Program-made: the position numbers and the translations under genes
The notes under the pieces: generated by a model
What the model was told of the DNA's origin: nothing
Database searches by the model: none
Seen by the model: the letters and a program-made list of their open reading frames with translations, nothing else
Origin: Macrostomum lignano
Lineage: Eukaryota
Direction of reading: 5' to 3'
Length of the DNA: 64,000 nucleotides
Assembly: GCA_002269645.1 (NCBI GenBank)
Contig: NIVC01001876.1
Coordinates: 57,118 to 121,117 of the forward strand
In this document: one piece after another, positions 55,471 through 64,000 of the stretch
Layout: the number at the start of each line of letters is the position of its first letter
Position numbering within the stretch: the stretch's first letter is position 1

Positions 55471-57723
55471 TGTAATTGGCTAGCCAGCCTAAATTAATCC
55501 CCTTAGTCAACAAAACGACTAAAACTTAGCCTGCCGGACTTGGAAACTTGATTACACGCTCTGGAATGTTTTGAAAGTTAGTAGTAAGTTAAAAAACAGT
55601 AAGATTATAAAAATACAAGGTTTAAATTGCAAACAATTATAAATTTAACTAATAATTATATACAAATCTGGTTTTAGAACTGTATTAAATAGAATAATTA
55701 AAGCCAAGAAGGCTAAAGAGCTAACATTTAAGTATCAAAGCCAAAAGGTAGAAAAAGCTTAAAAATTCTCAAATAAAATAATTATGTGCAATATTACTCT
55801 TAGCAATTTTTGTAATATATTCCATATATAGAAATATGAAAAGTTCACTTAGGCAATTTGAAGTGCTTTAACAAATATTGAGCAGACAAATATTAGAACT
55901 ATTGTATTTTTTTCTAGATATATTTTTATTACATAGATTTTATTTTATCCATAATTATAACTTTTGAAAGATTATAATTTAAAAAAAAGTTATTATCATC
56001 AAAGTTATCAAAAGCATCAACCAGATAAAGAATTATGTATCCATCAACTAAAATAAAAGCACCAATTTAACAAAACTTTTTTAACTTTAAGTTTAAACTT
56101 AAAGTAAAACTAGCCAGTCAAGCAATTTTACCTAAATATACTACTAGAAGGTAAAAAATATATAAAAAATTAATATAACTCTATAAAAACTAGAATGATA
56201 CATCAAAAGTTCAATTACACATGGTCTATGCCTCTATGGTATGGACTTTGGTCATTTTGCAACAAAATCATTACCAATCTAGCTAAGATTCAAAATCATA
56301 CTTTTCTTATTGGAGTATTCTTCTTGGGACAAAAAAATTAGTCTCATTCTGCAGAAAAAGGTTAGGTTGGGTGTACCACACTCCATAACATTAATTGTTT
56401 TGAGTTTTCTTTACTTTTAAATGTTATAGTTAGATTTTTAATATTACCAACACCTTGTTATTGAGACAATACCAGCCTCATAAAATAGTACTAGGAGAGA
56501 TCTCAGACAAAGTTAGTTATTACAATGAAAGTCCATTGCTGCGTCATAAATTATGGTCAAAATACAAAAAATCTCGAAATGTCAAAATTTAAAAACCGAC
56601 ACCCACGCGCGATAATAATTGTGATTACTCATTACACGTTTTGTAACGTAATAGTGCTAGCTTAACAAGCTACAAACTTTTTCAATAACAATACTAGATG
56701 TTTTTTCTATCTATTACTTATACTCATTTAACTTTAAAAGATATAAAGTTGAAAATTTGTTATTTTTCTAGCAGCATTTTACGGTTATATTGCGTTGCTT
56801 TCAGAAAATACGAGCGTATTTGCACTACTGTGCGCCTTGTTTTTGTAAAACCATACATTGGAAATATAAAGAACTGACAATAAATAGGCCTTAGCAGGGA
56901 ACTCTTCAGTAAAGGGACAATAGCTAGCATTTCACTTCTGATCTTTCAATGCATGCACATAAATTGATTGACAGCGAATTAGTCTGCTGTATGTACTTTT
57001 GAGTTTTAACGTTTAACTACCAATCTTCGCCCCCCGATGGGGGACATCTAGATAGAATCTCTGTTCTCTACAAGTAACAAGCAGACAGCGAAATAAAGCC
57101 TTCACAAAGACAACAGACATTCCCTCTAAAGAAAACATCCCAAGTTAAGACTGCAGCAAGCTGCATCCCCCAGTTAGCAAGCACCCCAAATACAATTAGC
57201 AAGCACCCCCAAATACAATAGCAAGCACCCCCAAATACAATAGCAAGCACCCCTAAATACAATAGCAAGAAGCGGCTGCTGCTGCCAAGTTGCGGCACTG
57301 GCGTGGGCGTCACCCCCCCCCCCCCCCCAGATAGCAATTGAATCCCCCAGATGGCAAAGCTTTTTCAGTTGATCGCAATTTTATGTACATGTAGTGTGTA
57401 ATTGATATATTATTCATTTACTTAAGATGTACGCGTAGTAAAGCACTTAAGCACTTCATTTTCTTACCAAGCTCAGTACGTAGCATAGCTTTTTTCTTCT
57501 ATTTAATTTGTATTTTATGCGCAGAATCAACCACAATATGCCACAAAAAACCACAATATGCGAATCCGTTCACTGCAGCTTCTCGACTAAGCAGTCCAAC
57601 TTCCTGGTGTTCTGCTGAATGCATTCCAGAATTAGCACATGCACTTGTGTTTGGGAAGAGATCGAGCACAGAAATTCGAGACGCAGGTGTCGTGTGATTG
57701 GTTAGACATTTAGATTTCTTAGA

Positions 57724-58035
57724 CAGGGGCTGTGTGCACCCTGCTGGCGCACAAGCGACAGAACCGGCGCGAGACATCACTCTCATCCCGCGACTCCCCT
57801 GAGCACGAGGCACACAAGCGCGCGGATACGTACGCAGGCACACACTCACAGAGTGGACAGCGGCCCCAACCTTATTTATCGTTAAGCATGTACACTTCAC
57901 TGTGCCTTGGGGGTTGGCCCTCAAGCTGGGCGAATTATATAATTGCACGAGTATCACAGCCAAGTCGAGATTCCAATTTAGCCACAAAATAAATGTGATG
58001 CACTTGAAATCGAGCCCATGGATCGCTAACACATG
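57724..58035 (-). mobile_element. SINE family A, diverged copy
   Basis: Colinear with 13788-14132, with a partial tRNA-like head. Confidence 0.75.
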
Positions 58036-58743
58036 GGTCATGCGTCTATCTTGCTTTGCATGCGCTTTCGTGTGTGGTACAATGAATGCACTTTTGTTTT
58101 TAACGGAGACTCTCAGAAATACGTTTGTGCGGTATTGCGTTAATTGTCACTCAGTACCTTAAGCGACATTACATACTCGTATGGACTGGTACCCCAGTCT
58201 GCAGGTAGTTATTCACTGTCCTTAATTTTTATTTTTATTACTTGAATTCCCGCTAATAAGGAAATGTCTATAGTAAACATGTGTAAGACAAAATACATAA
58301 AAATCTTTTTTTTGTTTTAAATAAGCAAAATCAAAGCAACAAGCAATAACTTGAATATATACTCGTAGGTTACAAAAAGTCAACCGGCTGTTCATTCGAC
58401 TCCGAGAGCAAACAACTCGATTGGCTTCCCAAATTGCAAGATTTGTTTCTTTTATTATTCAATACAACACACGTTATTTAAGCAGGAATAATTAAAATAA
58501 TTACAGGGACTGAGACAGGACAAACCATACAAAGGATAAAACAACAACAACCATTCCCTTAGTAGAATTATTACATTGTCACACTCGAGGATCCGAGATC
58601 AGATAGATTATAAATTCCTTAATAAAATTTCCCCAATTTTAAACAGTTTGAACTTGAGTAACATAAATGAATATTTTAAAGTTATATTTTTCAAATAACT
58701 TCCAGACACTGCTTTCAGTTTGCTTGTTTTTCAACCAAATAAA

Positions 58744-61233
58744 TCACTTCGCTTTCTCCTTTTTAGCATCGCCACCAGCCGTTGGCGGCATCGGCGGCGG
58801 ATGCGCCGGCCGCTGTGGCGGCGCCTGCGGCTGCTGCGGCATCTGCTGCTGCTGGGCAAAGTAAGCGCCACTATATTTATTATACCACTCCATATATTCG
58901 GCGTAGTACTTCTGATAGGCCGGATCGTTATAAGCCGGCAGCTGCGGCGCGGCCGGGAATCCGGCAGCAGCTTGACTGTCCATCCTGGCGTTCTTGGCCG
59001 CGCTCGGCCCCACACCTGTCTGGGCGCCGGTAGCGCCGGCGGCGGCGCCAGAATTGGCGCCCTCCTTGCCCCAGCCAAGCTTGGCAGTGAAGCCCTCAAT
59101 AGTAGCTCCGTGCATAGCAACAATAGCCTGGGTAGCCGCGTCGTGACTGTCGAACCGGATAAACGCGAAGCCTTTATCCTCGTGCACTTTAACATCGTGA
59201 ATAGTGCCGAATTGGCTGAAATTTTCCCTGACTAAAGCTTCAGTCAGGCCGCGCTGAATGCCGCCGAAGTAAACGGAGGTGTTGTACAGGGTGGTCTCGT
59301 TATAGACGTCGTCGTAGTTGCGCTTCATCGGGCGTCGCCTGACGCCGCCGTCGCCTTGACCGCCGTTGCTGCCGCCCGAGCCGCCGAAGCCGCCGGCAAA
59401 ACCTCCGGGATTGTTGCGACGGCTGGCCTATTATGAAAATGATTAACATAGAAAAATTATGTGCATTCTTATTACACTTTTTGTGCATGCACCTTATCCT
59501 TTGATGAGATTTTGTCATTCTAAAAGTAAATAATGACAAACAGGTCATATTCTAAATCGTTATTTTTAAAAGTAAACATTCGGAAGAATCCACGGTTCTC
59601 CAAAGTTTACATTGCTAAAAGTTGATCATTTTTAAGGTTCACATAGCTAAAAGTTCAGATTCTTTAAAGTTCAAATTGCTGAAAGTTCACATTCCTAAAA
59701 GTTTACAATTGGTAAAAGATCACACCATAAAAGTTCACAAGTCTTAAAATTATACACTCCTAAAAGTTCATAATTCCTAAGAGTTTACAATACCTAAAAG
59801 TGCACAATCCCTGAAGTTCACACAATTCTTAGAAGTTCACATCCTAAAAGTTCAGAATTCTTAAAAGTTTACATTTCTAAAAATCACATCCTAAAACTTT
59901 ACATTTGTTAAAGTTCATAATTCCTAAAAATTGACAATTCCAAAAAGTTCATAATTGATGAAAGTTCATAATTACTGACAGTTCAGAATTCCTAAAAGTT
60001 CGTAATTCCTAAAAATGTTCTAAAAGCCAAATTAAATAGGCTTCATAAATAACTTTCCACAATTGAAAACAAACTTGAAAACTTTTTCAATAAAAGCCAG
60101 TCTTCTATAACTCACCCAGGACACTCGCATCGGCTTGAATCGCAACAGATTGCCATTCTCAGCCGATATAGCCGAAGTCGCATCAGTCTCATTTTCGTAA
60201 GTTAAAAATGCGTAAGTCTTAAATCCGCCATCCTGATGCCGAATAATCTTGCACTCCAATATAGGACCGTAGGGCACGAATACGTCCATTATTTCGCTTT
60301 CTTCAATGTCCGGCACCAGGTCGCCAACAAATACGTGATGACCTTTAGATGGGTCGGGCTTGGCACCCGGGGCTGTGGCCCAGTTAACGCGAAGCTCGCG
60401 GCCCATCAGACTGATCCGGTTCATGGCTGTCAGAGCGATCTGAGAGGGAATTCGAAAGAAATTTTGATTAAATATTCACCATTTTAAGGAATCGGTAGGA
60501 CATTTCTATTTTAAGCTATTCTTCTAGCAATGTTATTCAGCGATTCTAAGAAAAACTATGGTGACTAAACAAGGTGATTCTAAGAAACAGTTTGGTGACT
60601 AGACGAGGGTGATTCTAAGAAACAGTTGGGTGACTAAACGAGGGTGATTCTAAGAAACAGTTGGGTGACTAAACGAGGGTGATTCTAAGAAACAGTTGGG
60701 TGACTAAACGAGGGTGATTCTAAGAAACAGTTGGGTGACTAAACGAGGGTGATTCTAAGAAACAGTTGGGTGACTAAACGAGGGTGATTCTAAGAAACAG
60801 TAGTATGACTATAAGGTAATTCTAGGAAAATTTATAGGTTTGAACTTTCTAAGAAACCAACATAAGGTTTTGAAGAATAAATAAAATAGCGATTTAAAGG
60901 GACAATTTGAACTGTTTCATAAAGAATTGGATGCCTCACCTGAGCCTGCTGATGATTGCCCAGTTCCATAAATGCATAATTATCCGAGCCCGGATTGCCG
61001 CCTCGTATAATTTTACAGGCCAAGCACTCGCCAAACTGGGCAAACACGGCCACGAGAATCTGTTCGGTACAATCAGGCGCCAGATTGCCAACGTATAATA
61101 CCCGTTTCTCAGCTGTGCCAGTTGGCGACGGGTTCTGGCCGCATGGTCCGGTTGGCTGAGGCTGCGCTGGTGCTACCGGGTAGCCGGGGGGTGGCATCTG
61201 GTACATGCTGCTGCTGCTGACGCTGATGTACAT
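58744..61233 (-). CDS. TIA1: TIA-1/TIAR-like RNA-binding protein, three RRMs plus a P/Q/Y-rich tail, about 433 aa
   Basis: Exons 61233-60940, 60439-60116 and 59427-58744 (all phase 0). LYVGNL, GRELRVNWAT, HHVFVGDL, and YDDVYNETTLYNTSVYFGG...DKGFAFIRFDSHDAATQAIV...WGKE. Confidence 0.85.
59570..60020. repeat. Degenerate ~20-bp repeat (AAAGTTCACATTCCTAA-like) in TIA1-like intron 2
   Basis: Recurrent AAAGTTCA motif. Confidence 0.75.
60540..60815. repeat. 35-bp tandem repeat in TIA1-like intron 1
   Basis: Unit GAGGGTGATTCTAAGAAACAGTTGGGTGACTAAAC. Confidence 0.9.
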
Positions 61234-64000
61234 TGGGGACAGGGAGAGAGATGGGGGTAGCAATACCCTGTAGAACTATATCATTTTGAATCAATAATTA
61301 TTGTGTAATAAAATGCAATGAAAGCGTCAGGATACTTGAATAGATGGATAAAAAAACATTTTCGACTGCCAGACTGTTTGTTTTAATTCCCCAGTTAACT
61401 GCCAGACAGACTAATATGAGTAATCACTGTGAATATGGAACTATAAGGACTATGTATGCTAGTAGAGTCAAGATGGCATCCTAACCCTAATCCTACAAAA
61501 TCCCAAGAAAGATATCCTAAAAACTTCTCTGCCCTTTTCTGCCAATAAATCATTTTTCGTGTCTCCCCCACCACGTCAGTCAGTATGCATGTACTACTAT
61601 ATATGCAGTTGAAAATTGTAATTTATAAAACAGAAACAGTACAGCAGTGACTAAGGATCGTTACGTGTTTTAGATATTGGCATCAGCTCCTGAGAACACT
61701 TCTCGTTTGCCATTGAGACACTCTTAGAATACCTGAAAACACCATAATATGACAGGAGCATTAAATCAAATTCAATTAAGCAGTCAAGAGCCTCTTTCAT
61801 CAGAAGAGAAGAAGAACCAAGAGTGTCTTACCCAACTGGAGTTTGAATGAAGTACCTCGAATATGACATTGCATCACAATATAGTAAGTAGTAAAATAAT
61901 AATAAGAAAATATATTGTTTAAGCTAATAAATAAAAAGATCCTTTATATTTACTGTCAAAAAGAAGCAACTTTGCTTCAGTTCCAGATTCAAACACTGAA
62001 TCTACATCTTATTTTCTTACTCAGCAGTGTACTTAAAAGAGAAAGTATAGCATTAAATATCCTTACCTTTCAAATTAATAGCAACAAATTGAAAATGAAT
62101 ATACCAAGTGGTGTCCAAAGCTTGTTTTCCAGTAAAAATCAGTTGTTGCACTAAATAGTTACTGAAAAATGTAAATAAAATTATGGAGTAGGTACTTTAT
62201 TTTTTTAAACAAAATGTACATTAACAAAACATGGCTCAATAAAAAAGCAAATCTTACCAAAGTATTCCATTTATAAAAAATGAATAAATTGCAAATTGTG
62301 TTGAAAATTATAATAAACAATAGGCCTAATTATTATAGATTATGAGATATTACCAAGTAGACTTTTATGAGTAAATAGATTTAATTTTAACAATTATAGA
62401 AAATATGATAAAATGAAAAATTAATCAAAATGAAGAGCTAATAAAATAACTAGCTATTTATCTCATTAAATTAGATAGAGCTTTAATAAAATCTAGTATG
62501 CAGATATAGACTTGATCACAATTGTCAAGTGCAATTCAGTGGCTAAGTCAGTAGTTTTATGGCTATGACAAAGCTAAAGGCAATAGCAGTTGCCAGGCAG
62601 TAACATTGAACTGGCAATATAAGTCGATTTTTATAGAGCTCAATTAATGTTATATTTATTATTTAATTATTAGTATTAGACAATATAAGTTGTAAGAAAT
62701 GTGCAACAATACAAGTAATACAAATGTTTAAAAAGGAAAATGCCATGCTGAAACTTCATTGCCATACTAATATTTCCTATATAGACCCATTAAAAGTATT
62801 CAACTTCTTGACTTGACTTGAGTAAAATGTCTTGACTGTCAAGTAGTTGAAAAAAATAGTTGATTACTCAACATGTAGAGTATTCTAAGTATTTGTTTGG
62901 CTTCTGACTGGTATGTTAGAAATTTCCAGTGTACATGTAACCTTTAGAAGCATAGGAATTATATAATGAAATATAGATAATATTTTTATTATTGCCATGG
63001 CTATCCATAGTCTAGATCATGCTAAGTGCATTAGGCATAACTAGTTTTGTTTGTTAAATTATTTTTTTTATTTTCAGTTTCAAAAGAGAAATTCAATGGG
63101 AAGTGAAGCACAAAGCACTTATTTTGTATAGCTGTGCTCTTTTGTTCTTATTCTGCAAGTTTAGCCTCAAGCATCTTTGCACATACCATATTGCATCATA
63201 CAGCATTGTTAGAACTTAGGCCTAATAAATGCCTCAGCTGGTCTGGACTAACCATGCATAGCAGCAGCTTAGCAACACAAAGTCCCCTTGCTATTATTGC
63301 ACAACTCATGATTTATTCTCTATATTGCCAGTTTGCATAATCGCAATATAAAATCTAGGCTAGAATTTGCAATAAATGACATTTATTACATTGCAACAAT
63401 AAATGACCTTTTTGTTATGTATATATGACCTTTATGGCAGATAATTTGTATAATTATTTAAAAACAAATTTTTCAATATATTTCCATTTAACTTTTTTGT
63501 GTGATTCTATTATTTATAAAAAGCACTATACTAAGTATGAATGCATACTATTTTCTTAGGAGCCATGCATGCCAACTGTGGATACCTAAGCCTTTAATAG
63601 AGATTTTTTAAGATTTCAAGGCTACATGTAGCTTATAAAAAAAATATGAATTGCATTTCTTTGGCTCTCCAACGCGGGGGCATAGATTGCTAGTGGATAC
63701 CTAAGCCCCTAATTTTTGGCATACAAGGCTAATGCACTCCCAATTTTTTGGGCATATAGTATATGATCTAGAATGTGGATAGTCATAGGATGGGACCATA
63801 GTGGCATAGGCATAGGGGGAGGGAGATTGGGAGAAGGCTATTACATAGGAATAATAAGTAATGCTTGAACTATAATTTTTAAATAGGCCTAGGCCTGGCA
63901 CATGACCAAGATGGCCACATACCAAGATAGCCATAGCTCTAAATGTTTAAATAGATAATAATAAGGCTAGGTCTATATATTTTACTTATTTCCATTTGGT

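Overview
Gene-dense, intron-containing animal genomic DNA with no prokaryotic features. Most long introns are filled by a locus-specific minisatellite. That style resembles what is described for the flatworm Macrostomum, but the species is my inference only. Gene models were rebuilt by hand from GT-AG junctions with phase checks. They are: an ankyrin-rich TRP-type channel (+, 4723-9604, broken by two single-base frameshifts); kintoun/DNAAF2 (-, 6 exons); GTPBP2 (+, 4 exons); an ankyrin-repeat gene (-, 32.2-34.7 kb, partly broken); an intronless profilin-4-like gene (+); a 7-exon, 458-aa stand-alone Rnl1/Trl1-type RNA ligase-like gene (-, 43904-49531); ATG13 (-); and a TIA1/TIAR-like 3-RRM gene (-). 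Mobile DNA includes a 4.2-kb CACTA/EnSpm-like element carrying a spliced DUF4806-like gene, several hAT-type MITEs with 8-bp TSDs, a deleted Tc1 nested in a MITE whose empty paralogue is also in the window, foldback elements, Helitron-like ends and two tRNA-derived SINE families. The best leads are the animal Rnl1/Trl1-like ligase, the GTPBP2 intron made of repeated CAG|GTGAG units, and the TRP frameshifts at slippery heptamers, which are more likely assembly errors. Family assignments come from remembered motifs; no database search was run.
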